Shown in pieces: positions 28,132 to 36,897 of a stretch of 64,000 nucleotides of DNA (positions are counted from its first letter, which is position 1; each line of letters starts with the position of its first letter). The notes beneath the pieces are model-generated. The model had not been told where the DNA came from, did no database searches, and was given only the letters and a program-made list of their open reading frames with translations. Where the stretch lies: positions 6,537-70,536 of the forward strand of contig CAYNAR010000005.1 in assembly GCA_964395625.1 (NCBI GenBank). The letters are read 5' to 3'. Source of the stretch: an uncultured Gammaproteobacteria bacterium (lineage in GTDB: Bacteria > Patescibacteriota > Patescibacteriia > Patescibacteriales > WJLG01). The position numbers were made by a program, and so were the translations under genes.

Positions 28132-29274
28132 ATGAATATAGGAGTCGACATTAGGGTTTTGACGGACAAAAAGTATAGTGGAGTATCTTGGCATGTACTG
28201 GAGCTATTGTCCGCTATTTTGGCGATCGATAAGGATAATCGATATTTTTTGTATTATAATTCTTTTCATGATTTGCGTAGTCGTTTGCCCTTATTGGATA
28301 ATTCCGTCGCCAAGATCGTTTCTACGAAATTCCCCAACAAGGTATTTAATTATTTTTTGCAAAAGATTTTTCGTTGGCCTAAGTTGGATGTGGTTGTCGG
28401 AGGGTCTTCTGATAAAATGGATTTGTTCTGGTTGCCTCATATAAATTTTTCTTCGATTTCCGATGGTTGCAAGAAAGTTCTGACTATTCATGACCTTTCG
28501 TTTTTGATTTATCCTGAGTTTTTTTCTTTTCGCAAGAACCTTTGGCACCGTTCTCTCGGCTTGAGAAGATTGGTCAAGGAATCAGACGTCGTGGTGGCTA
28601 TTTCCGATAGCACGAAAAACGACATAATGAAGATTTTTGATGTTTCCGAAGATAAAATAAGAGTTATACCACCGGGTGTCGATAGTAGGTTTGTAAAAAA
28701 GGAGCTTTGTGAATTGGAGGGCGTTAAAGAAAAGTACAAATTGCCTGAAAAATTTATTTTCAACATTGGTAATTTGGAGCCGAGGAAGAATATCGCCGGT
28801 TTGATTCGCGCTTTCGATTCTGTCGCCGATAAAGTAGATGATTATTACTTAGTACTGGCTGGCGGGGTGGGGTGGAGGAATAGAGAAATCCTTTCAACTA
28901 TCGATAAATCCAAAAACAGAGAGAAGATTAAGGTTTTGGGTTACATTGACGATGTCGATAGACCGGCTTTGTATAATTTAGCTAAGTTATTTACTTACCC
29001 GTCTTTCTATGAAGGATTCGGCTTGCCGATTCTGGAGGCGATGGCCTGTGGCTGTCCTGTAGTGACTGGCAATGCGTCGTCTTTGTCGGAGGCGGCCGGC
29101 GATGCCGCTTTATTAGTGGATATCAACAACGAAAAAGCTATTGAAGAGGCTTTGATGACTTTGATTAACGACGGGGATTTGAGATGTCGTTTGTCGGAAA
29201 AAGGACTAGAGCAGGCTAAAAGATTTAAATGGGTGGAAGCAGCTGAAAAATATCTTGAAGTTTTTAAAAAATAG
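28132..29274 (+). CDS. GT4 family glycosyltransferase
   Basis: IGVDIR, TIHDLSF, LEPRKN and PSFYEGFGLPILEAMACG. Confidence 0.93.
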   Translation: MNIGVDIRVLTDKKYSGVSWHVLELLSAILAIDKDNRYFLYYNSFHDLRSRLPLLDNSVAKIVSTKFPNKVFNYFLQKIFRWPKLDVVVGGSSDKMDLFWLPHINFSSISDGCKKVLTIHDLSFLIYPEFFSFRKNLWHRSLGLRRLVKESDVVVAISDSTKNDIMKIFDVSEDKIRVIPPGVDSRFVKKELCELEGVKEKYKLPEKFIFNIGNLEPRKNIAGLIRAFDSVADKVDDYYLVLAGGVGWRNREILSTIDKSKNREKIKVLGYIDDVDRPALYNLAKLFTYPSFYEGFGLPILEAMACGCPVVTGNASSLSEAAGDAALLVDINNEKAIEEALMTLINDGDLRCRLSEKGLEQAKRFKWVEAAEKYLEVFKK

Positions 29275-29307
29275 CTTTGACTTGTAATTTTTTTATTGAC
29301 AAAGATT

Positions 29308-30375
29308 ATGAAAAAAGAGATAAAAATCAAAACCAAGCCACGCGTGGCTATCGCTATGTCGGGCGGTGTCGACTCGTCTACGGTCGCTAAAATGCTAAAA
29401 GACAAAGGTTACGAATGCCTGGGTGTCTTTATGCGTCTTGGTATAGAGCGCGGTTGCTGTGATGAGGATGCCGCCAGAAGGGTGTGTCAGAAAATCGGAA
29501 TAAAATTCTACCCAATCGACGTAAGGACTAGATTCAAGAAGGAGGTTAAGGATTATTTTTTAGAATCTTATAAAAAGGGGGTAACACCTAACCCGTGCGT
29601 TAAGTGCAATCAACTGATAAAATTCGGGGAGCTCTTGCAGAAGTCCCTGTCTTTAGGTTGCGACTATTTGGCCACCGGTCATTATATAAAGCTAAAGAAG
29701 GTTAGAGGTAAGTATAGACTCTTTCGGGCAAAAGACATCACCAAAGATCAGACTTATTTTTTGTACAACCTAACTCAAGACGAACTCAGTCATTTGATGT
29801 TTCCGATAGGTGATTCAATAAAGGAAAAAATCAAGAAAGTCGCCGAGAAGGACGAGTTGCCCCACTTGAAGCACGAGAGTCAGGACGTTTGCTTTTTGTC
29901 TGGCGAGCACAACGATTATCTCAAGGAGAATTTGAAGATGAAGGTCGGGCCGATAAAAAATGCCGAAGGAACCGTTATCGGTGAGCATCAGGGCTTGCCT
30001 TTGTATACCATCGGTCAGCGCAAGGGGGTCGAGGTTGGCGGTACTGGTCCTTATTATGTGGTTAAGAAGGATTTTAAGACTAATACTCTTTTCATCACGA
30101 ATAAATCCGATGACCCGGCTCTAAGTTCTCAGGAGTTGATGGCTGAAAATGTCAATTGGATATCCGGTTCGGCTCCCAAATTTCCTTTTAAGTGCCAAGC
30201 CGTGATTCGTTATCGTCATCCGGCCGTACCTTGTTTGGTTAGCAAGGTTTCTTCCTCTAAAAAAGAAGATAAGGTCAAGGTGGAGTTTTCCGTGCCACAA
30301 CGCGCTATAACTTCCGGTCAAAGTGTGGTTTTCTATAAGGGTAATGAGCTTTTGGGAGGAGGAATCATTGAATAG
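29308..30375 (+). CDS. mnmA: tRNA 2-thiouridine(34) synthase
   Basis: PP-loop AMSGGVDSS, TPNPCVKCN, ATGHY, KDQTYFL, SQDVCF, YTIGQRKG and GQSVVFY. Confidence 0.97.
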   Translation: MKKEIKIKTKPRVAIAMSGGVDSSTVAKMLKDKGYECLGVFMRLGIERGCCDEDAARRVCQKIGIKFYPIDVRTRFKKEVKDYFLESYKKGVTPNPCVKCNQLIKFGELLQKSLSLGCDYLATGHYIKLKKVRGKYRLFRAKDITKDQTYFLYNLTQDELSHLMFPIGDSIKEKIKKVAEKDELPHLKHESQDVCFLSGEHNDYLKENLKMKVGPIKNAEGTVIGEHQGLPLYTIGQRKGVEVGGTGPYYVVKKDFKTNTLFITNKSDDPALSSQELMAENVNWISGSAPKFPFKCQAVIRYRHPAVPCLVSKVSSSKKEDKVKVEFSVPQRAITSGQSVVFYKGNELLGGGIIE

Positions 30376-30446
30376 TAGATTTTTTTTGTTTAATATTAGT
30401 TAATGAATTACAAAATGTGTTTTGCTTGGCAACGTTTGTTCTTTTG

Positions 30447-30475
30447 TTGACATTTTTCTTTCATTGTATTAAACT
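30447..30475 (+). promoter_or_regulatory. Sigma70-type promoter of rpsB-tsf
   Basis: TTGACA-N17-TAAACT. Confidence 0.7.
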
Positions 30476-30482
30476 ACTAATA

Positions 30483-30616
30483 TAAAGGAAAAGCCCGTTA
30501 GATGGCCTTTCCGCTTTTAATTTTAATCTCTCATATCTTGAGCGCTAAGGGTAAACCTTGTCCGTTCTTAGCCTGAACGGATTTATTGGTCGAGGTAGAG
30601 GAAAAAAGGAAAAACT
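30483..30616 (+). promoter_or_regulatory. Structured 5' leader of rpsB (putative S2 autoregulatory element)
   Basis: About 135-nt leader with a 5' hairpin, an enclosing stem TATCTTGA/TCGAGGTA and a possible pseudoknot (GCTAAG/CTTAGC with TCCGTT/AACGGA). Confidence 0.5.
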
Positions 30617-31312
30617 ATGGCTAAATTGCCAAAAATCGAGGAGATGTTGGCGGCCGGTATGCATTTCGGCCACAGCACTCAAAGATGGCATCCTAAGATG
30701 AGGCCTTTCATCTTCGGTGCTAGAAAAGGGATTTACATCATTGATTTGAGCAAATCTCAGAAATCTCTAGAGAACGCTTTGGTTTTCATGGAGAATTTGG
30801 TTCGCGAGGGTAAGACGATTCTTTTCGTCGGCACCAAGAATCAAGCTAAAAAACAGATCAAGGAGTCCGCTTTATTGATGGACATGCCTTATATCTCTGA
30901 GAAGTGGCTTTGTGGTCTTTTGACCAACTTCGTCGTCTTCAAAAAGATGATTAAGAAATACAAGGATCTTTTGGAGGAAAAGAGAAGCGGAAAATTGGAC
31001 AAGTACACCAAGAAAGAGAGATTGGATTTTGATAAGGAAATAGAACGTTTAGAGAAGAAGGTCGGCGGTTTGATTAATTTACACAAACTCCCTGATGCTT
31101 TGTTTGTTTGGGATATCAAGAAGGAAGCTACCGCTATCGCCGAGGCTAAAGTGAAGAATATTCCGATAGTTGCCGTTTGCGATACTAACGTTAATCCTAC
31201 CTTGGTTAATTACCCGATACCGTCCAATGACGACGCCACCAAAGCCGTGAATCTTCTTTTGAATTGCATCAAGGACAACGTCAACGATGCTAAGAAGGTA
31301 GAGTCTAAGTAA
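30617..31312 (+). CDS. rpsB: 30S ribosomal protein S2
   Basis: AGMHFGH...W.PKM, ILFVGTK, G.LTNF, DTNVNP and PSNDDA. Confidence 0.98.
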   Translation: MAKLPKIEEMLAAGMHFGHSTQRWHPKMRPFIFGARKGIYIIDLSKSQKSLENALVFMENLVREGKTILFVGTKNQAKKQIKESALLMDMPYISEKWLCGLLTNFVVFKKMIKKYKDLLEEKRSGKLDKYTKKERLDFDKEIERLEKKVGGLINLHKLPDALFVWDIKKEATAIAEAKVKNIPIVAVCDTNVNPTLVNYPIPSNDDATKAVNLLLNCIKDNVNDAKKVESK

Positions 31313-31377
31313 AAAACAAAATAAAACAAGAAATCGTGCCCTTGCTTTCGAGTAAGGTTCGGTTTCCAATTAAATCT

Positions 31378-32172
31378 ATGGAACTCATAAAAGAATTGCG
31401 TGAAAGAAGTGGCGCCGGTATGATGGATTGCAAGAAGGCTTTAGAAGAAGCTGGCAACGATATAGATGCTGCTATGGAGCTTTTGCGCAAGAAAGGTATA
31501 GCGAAAGCCGCTAAAAGAGAGGGGAATGAGGCCAAAGAGGGTGTCGTGGAATTATCGATAAGCGAGGCTGGTGATGAAGGTTATATGGTCGAGTTGAACT
31601 CGGAGACCGACTTTGTCTCCAAGAATGAGAAGTTTCGCGATTTGGCGAAGTCCGTTTTGGAAGTCATTAAAGCCAATAAACCGGCCGATATGGATGCTTT
31701 GATGTCTCTGCCGATGGGTGTTTCGACTGTCAAGGAATCCATTGATGAGCTTTCTGGTAAAATCGGCGAGAAGATAGTTCTCAAACAGTTCGCCGTCCTT
31801 GCCGGAGGTACTGTCGCCGCCTATTCTCATATGGGTGGTAAAATCGGCGTCTTAGTTTCTCTTGATGTGGCCGGGAAAGCCGATTTGGCTAGCGACATTG
31901 CTATGCAAGTAGCTGCCGCCAATCCTTTGTACATCTATCCTTCTGAAGTTCCGACTGAGAACATCGACAAAGAGAAAGAGATCGAGCGCGAGGTTTTAGT
32001 CAAAGAAGGGAAGCCTGCCGGCGTCATCGATAAAATTCTCGAAGGCAAGGTCAATAAATATTTAGAAGGCATTTGTCTTGTCAGGCAGGAGTTTATAAAG
32101 GACGACAAGAAGAAAGTGGAGCAAGTTTTGGATGGTGCCACTATTACCGCTTTCAAGAGATTTGGTGCTTAA
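31378..32172 (+). CDS. tsf: Elongation factor Ts
   Basis: IKELRERSGAGMMDCKKAL, ELNSETDFV and IAMQVAA.NP. Follows rpsB. Confidence 0.98.
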   Translation: MELIKELRERSGAGMMDCKKALEEAGNDIDAAMELLRKKGIAKAAKREGNEAKEGVVELSISEAGDEGYMVELNSETDFVSKNEKFRDLAKSVLEVIKANKPADMDALMSLPMGVSTVKESIDELSGKIGEKIVLKQFAVLAGGTVAAYSHMGGKIGVLVSLDVAGKADLASDIAMQVAAANPLYIYPSEVPTENIDKEKEIEREVLVKEGKPAGVIDKILEGKVNKYLEGICLVRQEFIKDDKKKVEQVLDGATITAFKRFGA

Positions 32173-32189
32173 TCACTATAGTGTTTTTC

Positions 32190-32228
32190 AAAGATGCCGC
32201 CGCTTAGACATAGCAGCGGCATCTTTTT
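32190..32228 (+). terminator. Intrinsic terminator after tsf
   Basis: AAAGATGCCGC...GCGGCATCTTTTT. Confidence 0.8.
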
Positions 32229-32262
32229 AGAGAGTATTATTTTTTTAAATACACCTAAATAT

Positions 32263-33054
32263 ATGCGTATAGCAGAAGTTCAATTCTCGAAGTGGGATAA
32301 GGTCTACGACTTTTCTTTAGGGCATCTGGAGTTAAAGGCTGGTAATATGGTTGTTGTTGATACGGAGTTGGGACAAGAGATCGGTGAGGTTGTTAGAATC
32401 GTCGATAAAAAAGATGTTCCGGATGTTTTGAAGCCAGTCGAAAGACTCGCTACTCAAGAAGACTTGGCGAAATTACCTTCAAAGAGAGAGAAAGCTGAAA
32501 TCGTTGGTGCTTGTCGTGATTTGATAACCAAGCATAATTTGCCGATGAAACTGATAGACGTCCATTCTTCTTTTAGTGGGAATCGTTTGAATTTCGCTTT
32601 TATAGCTGATGGAAGAGTAGATTTTAGGGATTTGGTAAAAGACCTTACCTATCAATTCAATAAGACTATTCGCTTGACTCAGATAGGAATCAGAGATGAG
32701 GCCAGATTCTCCGGAGATTGCGGGCATTGTGGTAGACCTTTGTGTTGCAGGGGGTTTTTAAAAGACTTTTCTTCGATAAGCTCGGAGATGGCCGAGGCGC
32801 AGCAGGTTATACATCGCGGTAGTGAGCGTATTTCCGGTTGTTGCGGTCGTTTGATGTGTTGCTTGTCTTACGAATACGAAGGATATAGAGATTTAGCTTC
32901 TAAATTGCCGATGCCGGGAGATAAAGTTAATGTAGACGGTAAGAGGGGTACTGTCGTCGGGTGTCAGTTTTTGAAACAAAGCGTTAGTGTGGAAATAGAT
33001 GATGCTAAAGAGGGGCGCATGATAATCGATGTAGATTATAGCAAAAAAGGTTAG
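32263..33054 (+). CDS. ricT: PSP1 domain protein (RicT/YaaT family, Fe-S)
   Basis: F.ADGRVDFRDLVKDL, QIGIRDEAR, CGRPLCC and SG.CGRLMCCL.YE. Confidence 0.88.
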   Translation: MRIAEVQFSKWDKVYDFSLGHLELKAGNMVVVDTELGQEIGEVVRIVDKKDVPDVLKPVERLATQEDLAKLPSKREKAEIVGACRDLITKHNLPMKLIDVHSSFSGNRLNFAFIADGRVDFRDLVKDLTYQFNKTIRLTQIGIRDEARFSGDCGHCGRPLCCRGFLKDFSSISSEMAEAQQVIHRGSERISGCCGRLMCCLSYEYEGYRDLASKLPMPGDKVNVDGKRGTVVGCQFLKQSVSVEIDDAKEGRMIIDVDYSKKG

Positions 33055-33067
33055 TGCTATTAGTCGT

Positions 33068-33106
33068 TTGCAGGTATCGACAAAAACATGCTATAATTTT
33101 ATAGCA
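33068..33106 (+). promoter_or_regulatory. Promoter of the response regulator, with an overlapping 18-bp palindrome
   Basis: TTGCAG-N18-TATAAT (extended TG). TGCTATAA-tt-TTATAGCA palindrome at 33089-33106. Confidence 0.6.
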
Positions 33107-33127
33107 GAAAAACCTAAATAAGAATTT

Positions 33128-33514
33128 ATGCCAATAATTGGTAAGGAGGTTAAAATACTCATTGTTGAGGATGATGAGTTTTTACTTAATATTTACCTGA
33201 CTTCTTTTAAGAAGGAGGGGTTTAGGGTTTTTGTAGCCAAAACAGGCGAGGATGGTCTTAAAATGGCCATCGAAGAGCGTCCGAGTGTTATATTGTTGGA
33301 TATTCTTCTTCCTGGAGAAAAGAATGGCCTAGATGTGATGAAGTCTCTTGCTAGCAAAGTGGAGACGGCGGAAATACCGGTGATGATAATGAGTAATTTG
33401 GCGGATGATATCACTATTAGCGAGGGTATGGCTCTCGGTGCTAAGGGGTATTTTATCAAATCTCAATTTAGCCCCAAAGATGTCGTGCGTAACGTCTTGA
33501 CTTTCTTGAAATAA
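33128..33514 (+). CDS. Single-domain response regulator (receiver only)
   Basis: ILIVEDD, phosphoacceptor LLDILLP, MSN and GA.GY.IK. 128 aa with no output domain. Confidence 0.95.
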   Translation: MPIIGKEVKILIVEDDEFLLNIYLTSFKKEGFRVFVAKTGEDGLKMAIEERPSVILLDILLPGEKNGLDVMKSLASKVETAEIPVMIMSNLADDITISEGMALGAKGYFIKSQFSPKDVVRNVLTFLK

Positions 33515-33530
33515 ATAGTATTCTGTATAT

Positions 33531-33562
33531 AAAGACAAGCCAATAGTTTTGGTTTGTTTTTT
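33531..33562 (+). terminator. Possible terminator between the regulator and the methyltransferase
   Basis: AAAGACAAGCCAA-tagtt-TTGGTTTGTTTTT (with G-U pairs). Confidence 0.5.
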
Positions 33563-33614
33563 AGTAGTGAAAGTTAGAACATTGAAAATTTATCAACTTG
33601 GACGGAGGATTGTT

Positions 33615-34580
33615 ATGGAGAAGAAGGATCAGAATTTGATGGCAGGTAAGACTATTTGCCCAGTACTACAAAAGCATTATGAATTGCCAGCATCTGAGAA
33701 GGAGAAATTTTTAAGGACTAAAGAGGCGATTTTTCTTTTAGATGGTCTGCCTCAAAAGACTAGGGAGATTGTAGTTTATGGCTTCCTTAACGGATTGCAT
33801 GGTGAAAATGTCAAAGATTGGAAGGAGGTAGTCGATCGTTTTATGGAAAGCCGTGTCATGAGGAATTTATCTATTAATCCGGGAACGTCATTCGGAACAG
33901 ATCTTATGTATAGATTGATACCGATTCAGGATTCTGTAGAAAAATATTTCCTTATGTCGAAGGCTGGAGGCATCTCATTGCGTGGTCGTTTTGATTCCGT
34001 GGTTGGCAGAAGCATTAGGATGATAAGAGAAATTCTTGACAAGCATAGTCATTGTCATCTCGCTGATTTTGGAGCGGGGGCTGGGACGACCGCCATGGAA
34101 ATTCTTCGTCTTATGAATGAAGAGAGGGGTTTTATTAGTATCGATTGTATTGATATTGATGAAAAGTCTTTATCCGTTGGAAGAGAAAAGAGTAGGATCG
34201 GAGGATTTGACGAGATAGAGTTTGTTAAATCCGATATGACTAAGATGAAAGATTTTTACAAAGAAAACAGTAAGTTGGACATAGGTCTTCTTATTGGAGT
34301 TCTTTGCGGTATGCCTCATCGTCACAGGGTTTTACTTCTAAAGACTTTGAAAAGATATTTTAAACCCGGTGGAAAAATGATTGCAGCCGCTTTGCTTGAA
34401 AAAATGGCTCAAGACGATCTTTTTAGCGCCTATCTTCTTAGAGAGATAACCGGTTGGCAGTTACAATATCGTAGTCTCGGTGATCTTGAGAGTGCTTTCG
34501 TAGAGGCTGGTTGGAAATATCTTAGTTATTTTCAAGAAGAGCCGACTAGGTTTTACGAAATAGGGATAGCTGAGGCTTGA
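33615..34580 (+). CDS. Class I SAM-dependent methyltransferase, PhcB-like architecture
   Basis: Motif I LADFGAGAG, motif II CIDID, DIGLLIGVL and FKPGGK, with C-terminal GWQLQYRS. SD GGAGG precedes the ATG. Confidence 0.85.
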   Translation: MEKKDQNLMAGKTICPVLQKHYELPASEKEKFLRTKEAIFLLDGLPQKTREIVVYGFLNGLHGENVKDWKEVVDRFMESRVMRNLSINPGTSFGTDLMYRLIPIQDSVEKYFLMSKAGGISLRGRFDSVVGRSIRMIREILDKHSHCHLADFGAGAGTTAMEILRLMNEERGFISIDCIDIDEKSLSVGREKSRIGGFDEIEFVKSDMTKMKDFYKENSKLDIGLLIGVLCGMPHRHRVLLLKTLKRYFKPGGKMIAAALLEKMAQDDLFSAYLLREITGWQLQYRSLGDLESAFVEAGWKYLSYFQEEPTRFYEIGIAEA

Positions 34581-34591
34581 ACTTTTTTATG

Positions 34592-34636
34592 ACTCCGAAT
34601 TTTGCTATAATGAAAATGCAAGATTCGGAGTTTTTT
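34592..34636 (+). promoter_or_regulatory. 14-bp inverted repeat with T-tract (terminator-like) whose loop holds an extended -10 box
   Basis: ACTCCGAATTTTGC-tataatgaaaat-GCAAGATTCGGAGT-TTTTT. TGCTATAAT lies at 34603-34611. Confidence 0.65.
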
Positions 34637-34652
34637 ATTTTTTTACAAGGAG

Positions 34653-36860
34653 ATGTATTCATTTTTTATTTTTAGCGCGATTTTCAACGCTCTTATCAGT
34701 CTTTGTTTGGGTATTTTTGTGTTATCGAAAAACATAAACAGCAGAGTCAATAAAATTTTCGCCTTTCTTTGTTTATCTGTCGCTGTTTGGTCGTTTTTTT
34801 ATATTGGATGGCCGTTATCCAGGGATGCCGAATCGACTTTATTCTGGTTCCGACTTTTGCACATTGGGGCATCTTTCACTCCGATAGCTTATTTTCATTT
34901 CGTCACGAGCTGGCTTGGCATAGAGAAGAAGGGTAGAGTTGCCATAGTAATCGGCTACGTTCTTTCTTTTATTTTTTCCTTCCTGTCATTCTCGCCATAT
35001 TTTATCATGGGAATGGTTCCTAAATTCCAGATGAGGTTTTGGGCGGAGCCGGGAATTATCTATCATTTTTATTTATTATATTTTTTCTTTTATTTTGTCT
35101 CATCTTCGGTTTTACTCTATTTAAGCTACAAAAAATCATTTGGTATAAAAAAGAAGCAAGTTTTTTACATAACACTCGGAACTATTTTTTCAATAATTGG
35201 CGGTTCTACTAATTATTTTCTTTGGTACGATATCAATATTCCGCCATACGGAAACATCCTAGCCGGTTCTTTTGTTATTTTTTCGGCATATGCGATTATC
35301 AGATATCGTTTTATGGATATTAGGATAGTGGCAAAGAGATCCTTTATGTATTTTAGCTCCGCCTTATTCACATTCTTCTTTCTCTCCCTGTCTTTGTGGT
35401 TGTTCGAGTCTTTCTTTAGTGGGTATAGCGGGTTTTCTCTATCGGTGGCCTCGGCTGTTTTAGCTGCCGTTTTTACGATAATATTCTATTATTTAGAGGT
35501 GCTCTTGAAGGATTTGGCGGATAAGCGTTTTTTTTCTGATATACACAACTACGAAGAAACTGTGAGGGTTGTAGCTCAGGAGCTTACCAGGCATAACGAT
35601 GCCGGGGAAATCGCCGATTTGATTTTTGACACAATTAAAAAAACCATTCCTGTCAGAAGGATAGGCGTCTTTTCTTTGATGGGCGGGGATTTTTTGTCTG
35701 TACGTTATCAAGCTATTAAAATTTCAGGATTCGATAAAATTCGTTGCCAGAAAATACTAAAGGATGATTTTTTTATCAAGTATTTGGAAAAAACATCTTC
35801 GCCGTTAGTCACGGAAGAGTTGCCTTTTTTAAGTGAGACCTCCGCTTATTTCAAGAATAAAAATCAGTTATTAGGGGTTGCTTTAAGAATGAATGAATGC
35901 AAAGCTTCCGTATGTCTACCTCTTATGGTCGACAATAAGGTGGCCGGGATGGTGTTGCTGGGCAGAAAGCTTTCCGGCGACTCCTATAACAAGGAAGACT
36001 TGATGCTCTTATCTACTCTTGCCGATCAGGCCGGCATAGCCCTTAATAATGCTATGCTATATCAGTGCATTAAAAAATTTGGCAAGGAATTACAGGGCAA
36101 GGTAGATGAACAAACAAAGGAACTAAAGAAAAAAGCTGAAGAGTTGGAGGAAAAAAATAAAAATCTTAACAAGCTCCTAGGTGTTAAAAATGAATTTTTA
36201 AAGATAGTCAATCATCAGATAAATACCCCGCTTTCTATTATAAAGAATTCGGTTTTTATGGTGCGTAATAAGTCGTTTAGCGTCGAAAAGGGGCTGTCTT
36301 TCGTAGAAAAAGGAGCAAAAAGGATTGACGATGTTTTGAATGAATTTTGGAAGGCTTTTTATGTTGGTGGCGAGGGCGTTAAGTTGAAGCCGAGAAAGAT
36401 CGATTTGGTTAGATTGGCTAGTAAGACGATAAAGGATTATGCGACCGCGGATAAAATAAAGGATGGAAGAATTGTAATTAATTTTATAAAGGATGATAAA
36501 ATTCCGCTCGTTAAGGCCGATCCGGTTCAGTTGTCTCAGGTTTTTGGCAATCTGATTGATAATTCGTTGTGCTATACTAAGTCTGGCTCTATCGATGTAA
36601 ATATTAAGAGAAGTGATAATTTTATTAAAGTTTTTGTTTCTGACACTGGACAAGGAATAGAAAAGAATGATATAAAGCATATTTTTGAAAAATTTTTTCG
36701 TAGCGCAGCCGCTAAAAAAACTCAACCGAGTGGTTCGGGATTGGGTCTCTATATCATAAAAAAGATAGTTGAGGCTGGTGGAGGAGTCATGAAGCTGGAG
36801 AGAACTGAAGTCGATAAAGGGACAACTTTCAGTTTCACTGTGCCGATTTGGAAAAAATAG
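34653..36860 (+). CDS. Sensor histidine kinase: N-terminal multi-TM (HisKA_7TM-like) domain, GAF, HisKA and HATPase
   Basis: About 9 TM helices; GAF CLPL.V...V.G...LG.K.SG..Y...D..LL.TLA.QA; H-box NHQINTPL; N, G1 (DTGQGI), F and G2 (GSGLGL) boxes. Confidence 0.95.
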   Translation: MYSFFIFSAIFNALISLCLGIFVLSKNINSRVNKIFAFLCLSVAVWSFFYIGWPLSRDAESTLFWFRLLHIGASFTPIAYFHFVTSWLGIEKKGRVAIVIGYVLSFIFSFLSFSPYFIMGMVPKFQMRFWAEPGIIYHFYLLYFFFYFVSSSVLLYLSYKKSFGIKKKQVFYITLGTIFSIIGGSTNYFLWYDINIPPYGNILAGSFVIFSAYAIIRYRFMDIRIVAKRSFMYFSSALFTFFFLSLSLWLFESFFSGYSGFSLSVASAVLAAVFTIIFYYLEVLLKDLADKRFFSDIHNYEETVRVVAQELTRHNDAGEIADLIFDTIKKTIPVRRIGVFSLMGGDFLSVRYQAIKISGFDKIRCQKILKDDFFIKYLEKTSSPLVTEELPFLSETSAYFKNKNQLLGVALRMNECKASVCLPLMVDNKVAGMVLLGRKLSGDSYNKEDLMLLSTLADQAGIALNNAMLYQCIKKFGKELQGKVDEQTKELKKKAEELEEKNKNLNKLLGVKNEFLKIVNHQINTPLSIIKNSVFMVRNKSFSVEKGLSFVEKGAKRIDDVLNEFWKAFYVGGEGVKLKPRKIDLVRLASKTIKDYATADKIKDGRIVINFIKDDKIPLVKADPVQLSQVFGNLIDNSLCYTKSGSIDVNIKRSDNFIKVFVSDTGQGIEKNDIKHIFEKFFRSAAAKKTQPSGSGLGLYIIKKIVEAGGGVMKLERTEVDKGTTFSFTVPIWKK

Positions 36861-36865
36861 TGATT

Positions 36866-36897
36866 AAAAAAACACCGGCTAGTGCCGGTGTTTTTTT
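36866..36897. terminator. Bidirectional terminator between the kinase and clpB
   Basis: AAAAAAACACCGGC-tagt-GCCGGTGTTTTTTT, a perfect inverted repeat between convergent genes. Confidence 0.9.
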
